A stretch of DNA of 64,000 nucleotides, from NCBI GenBank assembly GCA_048268245.1, contig JBLWVX010000012.1:1-64000 (forward strand). Direction: 5' to 3'. This DNA is from Arcobacteraceae bacterium. GTDB lineage: Bacteria; Campylobacterota; Campylobacteria; Campylobacterales; Arcobacteraceae. The notes under the pieces are model-generated. The model did not search any database. It was not told where the DNA came from and saw only the letters and a list, made by a program, of their open reading frames with translations. Shown here piece by piece: positions 38,760 to 50,333 of this stretch; positions within the stretch are counted from its first letter, which is position 1, and the number at the start of each line of letters is the position of its first letter. Both the position numbers and the translations under genes were made by a program.

Positions 38760-39170
38760 TTATGCAGCAGCTAAAACTGTTAAGTATGCTCCTTCTTGAT
38801 ATTTTTTTAATTCATTAGGAAACGCTATCATATTCTTTTTCTCAAATGCACTTATGCTTTGAGAGGATACTAGTGAACTTTCACAATAGCTATTTAATTG
38901 AATAAGCCCTTCCATTTTAAATGTAACTGCTCCACCTGCAAAGTTACCTTTTTTTGCTCTTTTTTTAATAAATAGTTTCTCTATTTCATTCTCTTCTAAA
39001 AAGCTATTTACTTTACTTGTAAACTCTTTTATAGATTCACTTGATTCATCATCATCTAAAGTGATTTTTTTTATTTTTAGGTCAATATAAATTATAATAT
39101 CATCATCATTTTTCTCAAATACTGAAAAAATTGCATTATTTGCTTTTAATTCTACTCCACATAACTTCAT
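38760..39170 (-). CDS. DUF3010-like protein
   Basis: MKLCGVELK...KKRAKKGNFAGGAVTFKMEGLIQL. Confidence 0.8.
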   Translation of the reverse strand: MKLCGVELKANNAIFSVFEKNDDDIIIYIDLKIKKITLDDDESSESIKEFTSKVNSFLEENEIEKLFIKKRAKKGNFAGGAVTFKMEGLIQLNSYCESSLVSSQSISAFEKKNMIAFPNELKKYQEGAYLTVLAAA

Positions 39171-39259
39171 ATTAAATCCTTTTTGAAAATATGAATAATT
39201 ATATATTAAAAAAGTAAATGATTGGTTTTTTATTTCAATTTGTAAGATTTTTAGAAAAG

Positions 39260-39294
39260 GAGACTTTTTAGAGACTTTTAAAAAGTCTCTTTTT
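39260..39294. terminator. Terminator between gyrB and the DUF3010-like gene
   Basis: GAGACTTTT (twice) followed by its inverse AAAAGTCTC. Confidence 0.6.
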
Positions 39295-39308
39295 AGTCTA
39301 TTAATAGA

Positions 39309-41627
<2,319 letters not shown>

Positions 41628-41659
41628 CTATTTTTGTCCTTATTTTTATATATTTAAAT

Positions 41660-42730
41660 TTATTTTTCTAAAACTATTGGCATTACAATTGTAAAAAACT
41701 TTTCATCTTCTAAGTAGAATGGTAAATTAGATTCATTAAATCCAACAGTTATATTTTCATTGTTTGTCATACTTAAGAAGTCTAATAAATATTTGGCATT
41801 CACTGCTAAATAAAAGTTTTCTTCAATATTTAAATTTATATCGATTTGTGTTTGTGATTCACTATCTTCATCTAAAGATTCAAAAACTATTGCATTTGAT
41901 GTAAATGTAATTTTGATATTTGAGAATAGTGATGTAACTAATTTAATTGATTCAACTAGTTGACTTTTTGGTAATGATAAACTATATTTTAAGTTCGAGG
42001 GTATAATTCTTTCATAATCAGGGAATTTACCATTAATTAGCTTTGTAAAGAATTTAGAATTACTATTTTGTATTACTAAGTTTGTTTCATCATAAGAGAT
42101 ACTTGCTTCATCTATAAATAGTTTTTGTATTTCAATAATTGCTTTTTTAGGGATAATAAACTGAGATTCATTATTTGAAATATTTTGTAAATGCGATATT
42201 GCTAATCTTCTAGTATCTGTTGCTACAAAATTAATCTTATCATTTTTAACATCAATTAAAGCTCCATTTAACTCAAACTTAGGATTATTGTTATCTACAG
42301 CAGGTGTAATCTTTCTAATAGAATTAATAAAGTTTAATGTAGATATATCTAATTTATTTAAATTTTCATCTTTTAGCATATTAGGATATTCAGATGCATC
42401 ATACATTGGTAATTTAAATATAGATTTATTTTGTTTGATTACAAGATTGTTTCCTGTAGTTTCAAATATAATATCTTCATTTTTTAATCTTTTTATAATA
42501 CCAAGTAAATTAGAACCATTTACAGTTGCTTTACCTTCTTCTATTTCATTAATACTATCGATATGAGACTCTAATCCTATTTCATAATCAGTAGCTTTTA
42601 AAATTAATTTTGTATTTGCAATCTCTAAATATATATGTGATGTAATTGCACTAGCATCTTTTTTTTCTAAAAAAGGTTGCATTGAAGCTATTACATTTTC
42701 AATGATATTTTTAGTAATTATAAACCTCAT
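41660..42730 (-). CDS. dnaN: DNA polymerase III beta clamp
   Basis: ATDYEI, VATDTRRL, GKFPDY and VMP; position between dnaA and gyrB. Confidence 0.97.
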   Translation of the reverse strand: MRFIITKNIIENVIASMQPFLEKKDASAITSHIYLEIANTKLILKATDYEIGLESHIDSINEIEEGKATVNGSNLLGIIKRLKNEDIIFETTGNNLVIKQNKSIFKLPMYDASEYPNMLKDENLNKLDISTLNFINSIRKITPAVDNNNPKFELNGALIDVKNDKINFVATDTRRLAISHLQNISNNESQFIIPKKAIIEIQKLFIDEASISYDETNLVIQNSNSKFFTKLINGKFPDYERIIPSNLKYSLSLPKSQLVESIKLVTSLFSNIKITFTSNAIVFESLDEDSESQTQIDINLNIEENFYLAVNAKYLLDFLSMTNNENITVGFNESNLPFYLEDEKFFTIVMPIVLEK

Positions 42731-42734
42731 TTTA

Positions 42735-42870
42735 TATCTCCTATTATTTATATATCTTTAGTGGAAGTAGTAGTGTGTGTGAAAAGATGAAAATACTTTC
42801 AAATCGTCGACTGTATCGAAACACTTTCATGTGATATAACGAAATGAAATATTCACACCTTTTCACACAT
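42735..42870. other. oriC: oriC2: replication-origin subregion with DUE
   Basis: DnaA-box-like 9-mers at 42778-86, 42830-38, 42849-57 and 42859-67; DnaA-trio-like AAG-TAG-TAG (42765-73); AT-rich tract towards dnaN. Confidence 0.85.
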
Positions 42871-42900
42871 TGCTTTGAAACTTTTTTTTCTTACTACTTT

Positions 42901-44223
42901 TTACCACTCCTTATTTATGATTTTATTCTTTAAATTTTCAATGATTAATTTAAAGTTTTCATCTTTCTCAATTAACTCATTTGCTTTCTTAATATTATGA
43001 GAAATTGAAGAGTGATCTTTCATTCCTAAGAACTTTGCAATATCAGGCATTGAGTTATGTGTAAGTTCTCTTGCAAGATATATAACAACTCTTCTTGCAT
43101 TTGCAACTGTTGCTGTTCTTTTCTTAGATTTAATATCACTTGGTTTAATATTAAGCTCACGTGCTACTATATCGATAACATCTGGTAGTTTAATATTCTC
43201 TTTTGTTTCTTTAATTTGCTCTTTTAATAAACCTTGCACCATCTCTAATGTAATCTCTTGGTTTAATAAAGAAGCACTTGCATTAATTCTAATAAGTACA
43301 CCTTCTATCTCTCTAATAGAGTTATCAAGGTTAGTAGCTATAAAATTAATGATTTCTCTTGTTAATGCAATACCATTTAATTCAGATTTTTTTTCAATAA
43401 TTGCAATTTTTGTCTCTAAGCCTGGAATTTGAATATCAGCCGTTAAACCCCACTCAAATCGAGACTTTAGCCTATCTACAAGTCCCGCAATTTGTGATGG
43501 AAGCCTATCACTTGTCATTACAATTTGCTTTTTCGCATTATGTAGTTCATTAAATGTATGGAAGAACTCTTCTTGAGTTTGCTCTTTTCCACTTAAGAAC
43601 TGAATATCATCTATAAGTAAAACATCACACTTTCTATATTTTGATCTAAAATGCTCCATGTTTTTGTTTTTAATTGAGAATGTAAAGTCATTCATAAACT
43701 GCTCAATTGTTACATAGATAACTGTTTGACCTTTTTCAATAGCAGCATTTCCAACTGCTTGAAGTAAATGTGTTTTTCCAAGACCAGTTCCTCCATAAAT
43801 AAATAATGGATTATACTGTGTTCCTGGTTTGTTTGATACTGCAAGTGACGCATTATAGGCCATTTGGTTAGAAGGTCCTACTACAAATGAATCAAATGTA
43901 TATGATGGATTTAGTATAGTACTTTCTGCTGTTTCATTTCGTACTTGCTCTTTAATAATCTCTTTTTTAGATTTTTTTTCACCAGCTATTTTAATCTCTA
44001 CTTTTGGTTTTGTACCATCGTATTGTTCAAAGCAGTTTTGTATAAGTCCTGTGAATTTACTTTTTATCCATGAAGCTATATATTTATTTGATACTTCAAA
44101 TACAGCTAGCTTCTCATCTGATGAGATTTTCTTGTATGTTAATTGTTTTAAGTATCTATCATAATCAATAGATGTTGCTTCTTTTTCAATAAGCGCTAAA
44201 AAATCTTTATTTGTCATATACAT
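42901..44223 (-). CDS. dnaA: Chromosomal replication initiator DnaA
   Basis: YTFDSFV, YNPLFIYGGTGLGKTHL, LLIDDIQF and KDHSSI. Confidence 0.99.
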   Translation of the reverse strand: MYMTNKDFLALIEKEATSIDYDRYLKQLTYKKISSDEKLAVFEVSNKYIASWIKSKFTGLIQNCFEQYDGTKPKVEIKIAGEKKSKKEIIKEQVRNETAESTILNPSYTFDSFVVGPSNQMAYNASLAVSNKPGTQYNPLFIYGGTGLGKTHLLQAVGNAAIEKGQTVIYVTIEQFMNDFTFSIKNKNMEHFRSKYRKCDVLLIDDIQFLSGKEQTQEEFFHTFNELHNAKKQIVMTSDRLPSQIAGLVDRLKSRFEWGLTADIQIPGLETKIAIIEKKSELNGIALTREIINFIATNLDNSIREIEGVLIRINASASLLNQEITLEMVQGLLKEQIKETKENIKLPDVIDIVARELNIKPSDIKSKKRTATVANARRVVIYLARELTHNSMPDIAKFLGMKDHSSISHNIKKANELIEKDENFKLIIENLKNKIINKEW

Positions 44224-44300
44224 TAACTCTTTATTTTATAAATAATAGCTATTATATCTAATTTATTATAAATTTAGATAAACTTAAATAAAAATAAGAT

Positions 44301-45620
44301 TTATCTCTTAATTAAAGAATCAATAATGGATAATTTATTGTGATTATTCGTTATTCTTAAAAATGAAAGATAATTATTTATTAGGCTAGTAATATTATCT
44401 ATAGATTTTTCTCTTATTTCAAAGATTTTATAATTAGCTTCATTTAAATCAATGATACTTTTTATGCCATATTTATACTCTTTTTTAATAATATCTCTTG
44501 ATATAGTTGCAGTAACTAAAGCTTTTTCATATAATTTGATATATTTTATTGACCATTTTATATTGGTAATTATTTCTTCATATTGAAGGTTTAATTCATT
44601 TTTTAAGTTTTCTAATTCTTTTTGAGAAGATTTAATATTTAGTTTTGAAGCAAGCTCTAGTGCTCTTAATGAACCTCCTTTATATAAAGGGATTGATAGT
44701 CTTAAAAGTATTTCTCTATCTTCATCATATGTTGAACTAAATGTTGAGGTATTTTGAACATTTATATTTTTTGTATATTTCATACTTAAGTTCAATTTTG
44801 GTAAATGATTGTTTTTTGCATCACTTAGCTCATTTTTATAAACTTGTAGTATATTTTTAAGTTTTTTTATTTCTAAATTTGATTGAATTTTAGTAAAGTT
44901 TGAAAGTTCATTTTGTAATTGTTTTATGACAGAAGGATGTAGTTTTAATTTGTCAAGTCTAGGTATTATAAATTTAATATCTTTTCCTATAAAAGTTTGA
45001 AGTTTATTTTTATTTAGTTTAAATAAAAGTTTTTCTTTTTCTAAATCAATAATAGCTTGGTTTAGTTGTGATTCTACATTTAATATTTCTGTCAATGTTG
45101 ATAAGTCCATTTTATATCTTTCATCTAAAAGTGATTTTTTTGATTTTAAAAGTTTTTTATAACTAATAAGCATTCTTAGTTTATTTTTAGACTTAATCAA
45201 AGTTAAATAAACTTCAAGAACATCCCTTATAAGGTCTTGCTTAGCAATTTCAACTTCAGTTTGAAAAGATTTGAATTTAGACCTTTCTATGTCTATTTTT
45301 GAACTAATATTTTTATCAAAAATTGCTTGTTGTAAAACAACATTATAATTTCTTAATTTTTGTGAAATTTTTTTTGTACTTCTATTTTCAAATTTGTAAT
45401 CATTTTTACTATAAGTTGAGTAAAAATTAATGTCTGGATAAAGTTTGGATTGAGCTTGTTTTATATTTTGGTAATTTGATTTGAGCTTTAATTCTAAAGC
45501 TTTAATTTTTTTAGAGCTTTTTAAACTTAAGTTATAGGCTTTTGAGAATGATAAAACCTCTACGCTATAACTATTTATTGAAAAAATAAATAAGAATAGC
45601 ACAGCAATACTATTCCTCAT
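44301..45620 (-). CDS. TolC/PrtF-like outer-membrane secretion channel
   Basis: Signal peptide, two OEP-like repeats (SKLYP...; NHLP...LSIPLYKGG...YKYGIKSIIDL); last gene of the T1SS operon. Confidence 0.88.
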   Translation of the reverse strand: MRNSIAVLFLFIFSINSYSVEVLSFSKAYNLSLKSSKKIKALELKLKSNYQNIKQAQSKLYPDINFYSTYSKNDYKFENRSTKKISQKLRNYNVVLQQAIFDKNISSKIDIERSKFKSFQTEVEIAKQDLIRDVLEVYLTLIKSKNKLRMLISYKKLLKSKKSLLDERYKMDLSTLTEILNVESQLNQAIIDLEKEKLLFKLNKNKLQTFIGKDIKFIIPRLDKLKLHPSVIKQLQNELSNFTKIQSNLEIKKLKNILQVYKNELSDAKNNHLPKLNLSMKYTKNINVQNTSTFSSTYDEDREILLRLSIPLYKGGSLRALELASKLNIKSSQKELENLKNELNLQYEEIITNIKWSIKYIKLYEKALVTATISRDIIKKEYKYGIKSIIDLNEANYKIFEIREKSIDNITSLINNYLSFLRITNNHNKLSIIDSLIKR

Positions 45621-46899
45621 TTAAACTCCTGTTAAACCTATCAAATAGAGGTTTTAATAAGTAGCTTAGAACAGTCCTATGACCTGTTTTTATCATGATT
45701 TCTGCTGGCATTCCTGTAACTAAATTAAAGTTATAATTTTTAATTTGTTCTTGACCCACTTCATCTAATTTTAATTTAATTTCATAAAAATATTCATTTG
45801 CCGCTTCATCATATAATGTATCTGCTGAAACATAGTATACTACAGCATGTACACCATATGATTTTTGAGTATTATAAGCAGAAAAGATAATTTGTGCATT
45901 TAGTCCAGGTTTTACTTTGTCAATGTCAGTAGAGCTTATTTGCCCTTCAACTATTAAGTCTACATTTGTGGGAACAATTTCTAGAATATCTACACCTGCT
46001 TTTATTATTGAATCTTGTATGTAGTTTGAAATACCTACTATATTTCCAGAAGAAGGGGAATAGATTTTTGTTTTATTTAATTTATCTTTTAAAGAGTCTA
46101 TTTTTAATTCAATAGTACTAATTTTGGAGCTTACACTAGTTAGTTCTTCTAATGTTTCTTTTTTAAAATCAGTAGTTATTAAAAGCTTTTTTGTTTTTAA
46201 TTCATTTATTTTTTCATTAAGTTTAATTCTTTCTTTTTTTGTATTAAGTATTTCAGCATTTAATTGAGAATCTTCTCGAATAAATTTTCTTAAGTCAATT
46301 TTATTTATTAGCTTTTTTGCATATAGTTTTTCTAACTCTTTAATTTCCTCATTTATCGACTTTTTAATGAATTGTTTACTTTTTAAAGTATAATTTAAAG
46401 CTTCAATTTGATTTTTTAATTGAGATATTTGTCTACTAATAATATCTTCATTATTTTTAATAGAATTGATAGTACTTAAGAAGAGACTTTTTTGTTCATT
46501 AATTATTTTTTTATCTTGAATTTTTAGATTGAAATTTATAAAGTCTTTCTCATTTTTTTGTGCTAAAAGTCTTGATTTTAAAGCTAATAAATTTTCATAT
46601 TGTGTTAGTTGGCTATCTAATTCGGCTCTTAATTGAGTATCATCTAATTCTATAAGTAATTGACCTTTTTTTACAAAATCACCATCTTTAACATGTATTG
46701 TTTTAATTATTCCACTTTCTAAACTTTGAATTCTTTTTTTATTGAAGTCAGAAGAGACTTTTCCTGCAGCAGTTACATTAATTGCAAGAGGTGCAAATGT
46801 AATCCATCCACCTAAAAGTATAAAAACAATGATAATAACTATAAATCCAGATCTAATTATTTTAGATGCATCAGCGTTAGGTGCTTTATTCATGGGCAT
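45610..46899 (-). CDS. HlyD/PrtE-family T1SS membrane fusion protein
   Basis: N-terminal TM, IQSLESGIIKTIHVKDGDFVKKGQLL, coiled coil, GMPAEIMIKTGHRTVLSYLLKP. Confidence 0.95.
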   Translation of the reverse strand: MPMNKAPNADASKIIRSGFIVIIIVFILLGGWITFAPLAINVTAAGKVSSDFNKKRIQSLESGIIKTIHVKDGDFVKKGQLLIELDDTQLRAELDSQLTQYENLLALKSRLLAQKNEKDFINFNLKIQDKKIINEQKSLFLSTINSIKNNEDIISRQISQLKNQIEALNYTLKSKQFIKKSINEEIKELEKLYAKKLINKIDLRKFIREDSQLNAEILNTKKERIKLNEKINELKTKKLLITTDFKKETLEELTSVSSKISTIELKIDSLKDKLNKTKIYSPSSGNIVGISNYIQDSIIKAGVDILEIVPTNVDLIVEGQISSTDIDKVKPGLNAQIIFSAYNTQKSYGVHAVVYYVSADTLYDEAANEYFYEIKLKLDEVGQEQIKNYNFNLVTGMPAEIMIKTGHRTVLSYLLKPLFDRFNRSLNEE

Positions 46900-48586
46900 T
46901 GTCTACTTCAAAAAATTTATTTTCACTAAGAACTTTATTAGTTTCATCATAATCTTTTATGTAACCATTATCTATTAATAAAATTTTATTTGTAATCTCC
47001 AAAATATTCTCTTTGTGGGTTATTATTATTACTGTAGTTTGATTTTGTTTCAAACTTTTTATAGTATTTAATAGAGCTTTTTCACCCTCTTTATCCAAAT
47101 TTGAATTAGGTTCATCTAAGATAACAAGCATAGGATTATCATAAATCGCTCTTGCCAGACCAATTCTTTGTTTTTGTCCACCAGATAAACTATCTCCTGA
47201 GTTGGTTATTTTCGTTTCATATGCTTTAGAAAACTTTAAAATCATCTCATGTACACCTGCTTTTTTAGCCGCTTCAATTATTTTTTCTGAGTTATGATCT
47301 TTAAATCTAGAAATATTTTCACTAATTGTTCCTTCAAAGAGTTCTATATCTTGTGGTAAATAGCCAATTTTAGGTCCTAGCTCATCATTATTTAATAGAC
47401 TTATATCGATATTATCAATCTTAATTTTCCCTTTTGATAAAGGCCAAATATTAAGTATTGCTTTTACAAGGGTTGATTTTCCAGTACCACTTTTTCCAAT
47501 TAGAGCAACGATATCACCATGGTTTATTTTTAAAGAAATATTTTTAATTGTCTCATTATCTACTAAAGGAGGTTTTATGGCAATATTTTCAAGAAAAATA
47601 TTTGCTTTTGTAATAGGAATTGAAGTTTGTTTCTTTTTTCTTGGAAATTGATTTAATAATTCATCAATTTTCTTTTGACTATTTCTATAGTTTACAAAAC
47701 CCTTCCAACTTGAGATAATTAAATCAAGAGGTGCTAGGGCTCTACCCATAATAATTGAGGCTGCAATCATCATCCCTGCAGTTACTTCATATTGAATAGC
47801 TAAATAAGCTCCAAGCCCTAAAATTAAGGATTGAGATAAAACTCTAAAGCTTTTAGAAATGTTAGTCCATATACTAGATTGAGTACTAGCATCATTTTGC
47901 ATATTTAAAAAGGTATAATATTTTTTATGCCATATTTTTCTAATACTCTCTTTCATACCCATAGAATTGATAACAGAGGCATTTTTTAATGAAGAGTCAA
48001 TATATTTATTAGAGTCAATATTGTTTTTATTTGCTTTATTTAATCTATTCTTCGTTGTTATTTCATTTATAACTGTGATAACAACTAGAATAATAATTGT
48101 AAAAATTGCAAAAAAACCAAATGCAGGATGAAATAAAAATAGAATCCCAACATATATAGTAATCCAAGGAGCATCAAAAAATGCAAAGATACTTCTACCT
48201 GTCATAAACTGCCTAATATGAGTTAGATTATTTAAATATGCAGAATTAGCTTTTTTAGGATCAATTAATTCTAATTCGAATAAAGAGTCAAAAATTCTAT
48301 TGCTCAGTGAATTATCAATATGGTTTCCTATCTTTATTAAAATTTGAGATCTAACTATTTCAAGTAAAGCCATAGTAATAAATAAGACAATAACTATGAA
48401 TGTAAGCATCAATAAAGTGTCTTCACTATTGCTTTTTAATACTCTATCATATAACTGAAGCATATAAATAGGGGGAACAAGCATTAATATATTAATTAGG
48501 AAACTAAATAAACCCACAATTAAAAAGGTTTTTTTACTTTTTTTAAGTGTAGATTTTAATTCCGAAAGATTTTGATTTGATGACAC
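46886..48586 (-). CDS. PrtD-family T1SS permease/ATPase (no C39 peptidase domain)
   Basis: INILML.PPIYMLQLYDRVL, FFDAPW, GKSGTGKS, GYLPQDIELF, LSGGQKQR and LDEPNSNLD. Confidence 0.95.
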   Translation of the reverse strand: MSSNQNLSELKSTLKKSKKTFLIVGLFSFLINILMLVPPIYMLQLYDRVLKSNSEDTLLMLTFIVIVLFITMALLEIVRSQILIKIGNHIDNSLSNRIFDSLFELELIDPKKANSAYLNNLTHIRQFMTGRSIFAFFDAPWITIYVGILFLFHPAFGFFAIFTIIILVVITVINEITTKNRLNKANKNNIDSNKYIDSSLKNASVINSMGMKESIRKIWHKKYYTFLNMQNDASTQSSIWTNISKSFRVLSQSLILGLGAYLAIQYEVTAGMMIAASIIMGRALAPLDLIISSWKGFVNYRNSQKKIDELLNQFPRKKKQTSIPITKANIFLENIAIKPPLVDNETIKNISLKINHGDIVALIGKSGTGKSTLVKAILNIWPLSKGKIKIDNIDISLLNNDELGPKIGYLPQDIELFEGTISENISRFKDHNSEKIIEAAKKAGVHEMILKFSKAYETKITNSGDSLSGGQKQRIGLARAIYDNPMLVILDEPNSNLDKEGEKALLNTIKSLKQNQTTVIIITHKENILEITNKILLIDNGYIKDYDETNKVLSENKFFEVDNAHE

Positions 48587-48610
48587 ATAACACCTTATTC
48601 TAAAATGATG

Positions 48611-48644
48611 AAAGAAAAGTAAGTAGGATTTAACCTACTTACTT
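48611..48644 (-). terminator. Intra-operon terminator/attenuator hairpin
   Basis: Minus strand AAGTAAGTAGG-TTAAAT-CCTACTTACTT-TTCTTT; perfect 11-bp stem. Confidence 0.8.
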
Positions 48645-48653
48645 ATATAATTA

Positions 48654-48890
48654 TTAAGCGATTTCGCAATTTACTTCAGGAGTTTCACCATTTACAGTTA
48701 CATCAATGTTTACGTCAAGAGATGCATCTGAATCTGAATCAAAAGCTCCTGCTAAACTATCAACAAGACCTCCAAGAATACTACCTACTGCACCAATGAT
48801 TCCACCAACTAAATTTACTACTGTTCCAACAATCCCTGCAACTAACTCTACTACTGGAGTTAATAATCCACCTAAAAGTGATCCTAACAT
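48654..48890 (-). CDS. 78-aa Gly/Val/Leu-rich repeat protein, probable T1SS substrate
   Basis: AAGGAA RBS before ATG 48890; four 11-aa repeats and an acidic tail; first gene of the T1SS operon. Confidence 0.8.
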   Translation of the reverse strand: MLGSLLGGLLTPVVELVAGIVGTVVNLVGGIIGAVGSILGGLVDSLAGAFDSDSDASLDVNIDVTVNGETPEVNCEIA

Positions 48891-49006
48891 TCTAAATTCC
48901 TTAAATTTGTTTACAGTAACTAAGTTACTTATCAAATTATTCAATAGTTTAGCTTAAATTATAATTAAAATTATATAAAAATTACTATTAATATTACTTT
49001 ATGTTA

Positions 49007-49172
49007 TGTGAATAGTTATATTGTGCTGTGAAGATTGATGAATAAATGTTGTTCACATAGTGAATAAGTAGTGAATAACTAATGTTTATTAAGTGAATAT
49101 TTAGGTAAAAAATACCATTATACGGTGCTTGAAAGCATGTGAATAAAAATAAGATAAAAAAAGAGTGAATTA
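49007..49172. other. oriC: DnaA-box cluster (putative oriC1) upstream of ruvC
   Basis: TTATTCACA-like 9-mers at 49007-15, 49027-35, 49049-57, 49059-67, 49070-78, 49092-100, 49138-46 (exact, TGTGAATAA) and 49164-72. Confidence 0.75.
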
Positions 49173-49174
49173 GC

Positions 49175-49642
49175 GTGAAAATATTAGGAATTGACCCAGG
49201 AACTAGAAACTGTGGATATGCAATTATTGAAAAAAATGGAAGAAATTTAAAGCTTATTGAAGCAGGGCTTATAAAAATTAAAACAAAAGTTCTTCAAGAG
49301 CAGATAGTAGAAATGACTGAGGGCTTTGATTTGATTTTTAATAGACATAAAATTGATGAGGTGTCAATAGAGGACATGTTTTACGCTTTTAACCCAAAAA
49401 CTGTAATTAAACTAGCTCAATTTAGAGGTGCAATTTCACTCAAAGTCTTACAAGTATTTGGAAACTTTGCTGAGTATACTCCTCTTCAAGTAAAACAAGC
49501 TGTTACAGGAAATGGAAAAGCTGATAAAACTCAAGTTGCTTTTATGGTAAAAAGACTTCTTGGAATAAAAAAAGAAATAAAACCTTTGGATATTACTGAT
49601 GCAATAGCAATTGCTTTAACTCACGCTCAAAGAATAAGATAA
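49175..49642 (+). CDS. ruvC: Holliday junction resolvase
   Basis: [23 protein letters not shown] and DITDAIAIA. Confidence 0.97.
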   Translation: MKILGIDPGTRNCGYAIIEKNGRNLKLIEAGLIKIKTKVLQEQIVEMTEGFDLIFNRHKIDEVSIEDMFYAFNPKTVIKLAQFRGAISLKVLQVFGNFAEYTPLQVKQAVTGNGKADKTQVAFMVKRLLGIKKEIKPLDITDAIAIALTHAQRIR

Positions 49643-49722
49643 TTGGTAAAAAATATTTAACTTATATTATAAATACTTTTTATTTGTTATAATTTCGCCT
49701 TAATTATAAGTAGGAATAGTAA

Positions 49723-50298
49723 ATGAAAAGAATAGGTATACTAGCTTCATACAATGGAAGTGGTTTTCAAACAATACAAAAAGCAATAGAAGATAAAATA
49801 CTAGAGGCAAAAGTAGTGGTAGTTATTTCAAATAACTCAAATGCAAATGTTTTAGAAACAGCAGAGTCTTTAGATATACCAAATTTTGTAATAAATGACA
49901 AAAGGTATCCAGGTCAAGACTGTGATGATAAAATAGCTAGATTGCTTTTAGAATTTGATTGTGACTATGTTTTTTGTTCAGGGTATATGAAAATGATAGG
50001 ACCTAAACTTATAAACGCTTTTGAAAACAAAATTATAAATACTCATCCTGCAATATTACCTTCAAAATATGGTGGAAAAGGTATGTATGGAAGATACGTA
50101 CATGAAGCTATTATTAAAAATGGTGAAGAAAAATCAGGGGTTACTATTCATTATGTAAATGAAAAATATGATGACGGTGAGATTATTCTTACAAAAGAGC
50201 TTGTATTAGATGAAAATGAAACAGTGGATTCACTAGAAAGTAGAATCAAAGATTTAGAGTCTATTGCTATTATAGATACTTTTAAAAAGCTTTTATAA
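49723..50298 (+). CDS. purN: Phosphoribosylglycinamide formyltransferase
   Basis: ASYNGS, INTHPAILP, SGVTIHYV and YDDG. Confidence 0.93.
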   Translation: MKRIGILASYNGSGFQTIQKAIEDKILEAKVVVVISNNSNANVLETAESLDIPNFVINDKRYPGQDCDDKIARLLLEFDCDYVFCSGYMKMIGPKLINAFENKIINTHPAILPSKYGGKGMYGRYVHEAIIKNGEEKSGVTIHYVNEKYDDGEIILTKELVLDENETVDSLESRIKDLESIAIIDTFKKLL

Positions 50299-50333
50299 AT
50301 TGAAGTTTAACTATTAGCCTTTGGCTAATAGTC

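Noticed and set aside
48654..48890. Classical double-glycine-leader microcin/bacteriocin
   Set aside because: The exporter has no C39 peptidase domain, the GG pairs are periodic repeat positions rather than a leader end, and no immunity or modification gene is present.
48706..48957. 83-aa plus-strand ORF, and the 96-aa extended start of the minus-strand ORF
   Set aside because: The plus ORF is the antisense shadow of the repeat gene; the RBS supports ATG 48890 for the minus ORF.
44287..49155. 14-bp direct repeat AATAAAAATAAGAT at 44287-300 and 49142-55 as a target-site duplication of the T1SS cassette
   Set aside because: Almost pure A/T, so likely by chance. The right copy lies beyond most DnaA boxes, and no integrase or transposase is present.
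49007..49172. GTGAATA repeats as a CRISPR array or iterons
   Set aside because: Repeats are only 7-9 bp, irregularly spaced and in both orientations, with no cas or rep gene; they fit DnaA boxes.
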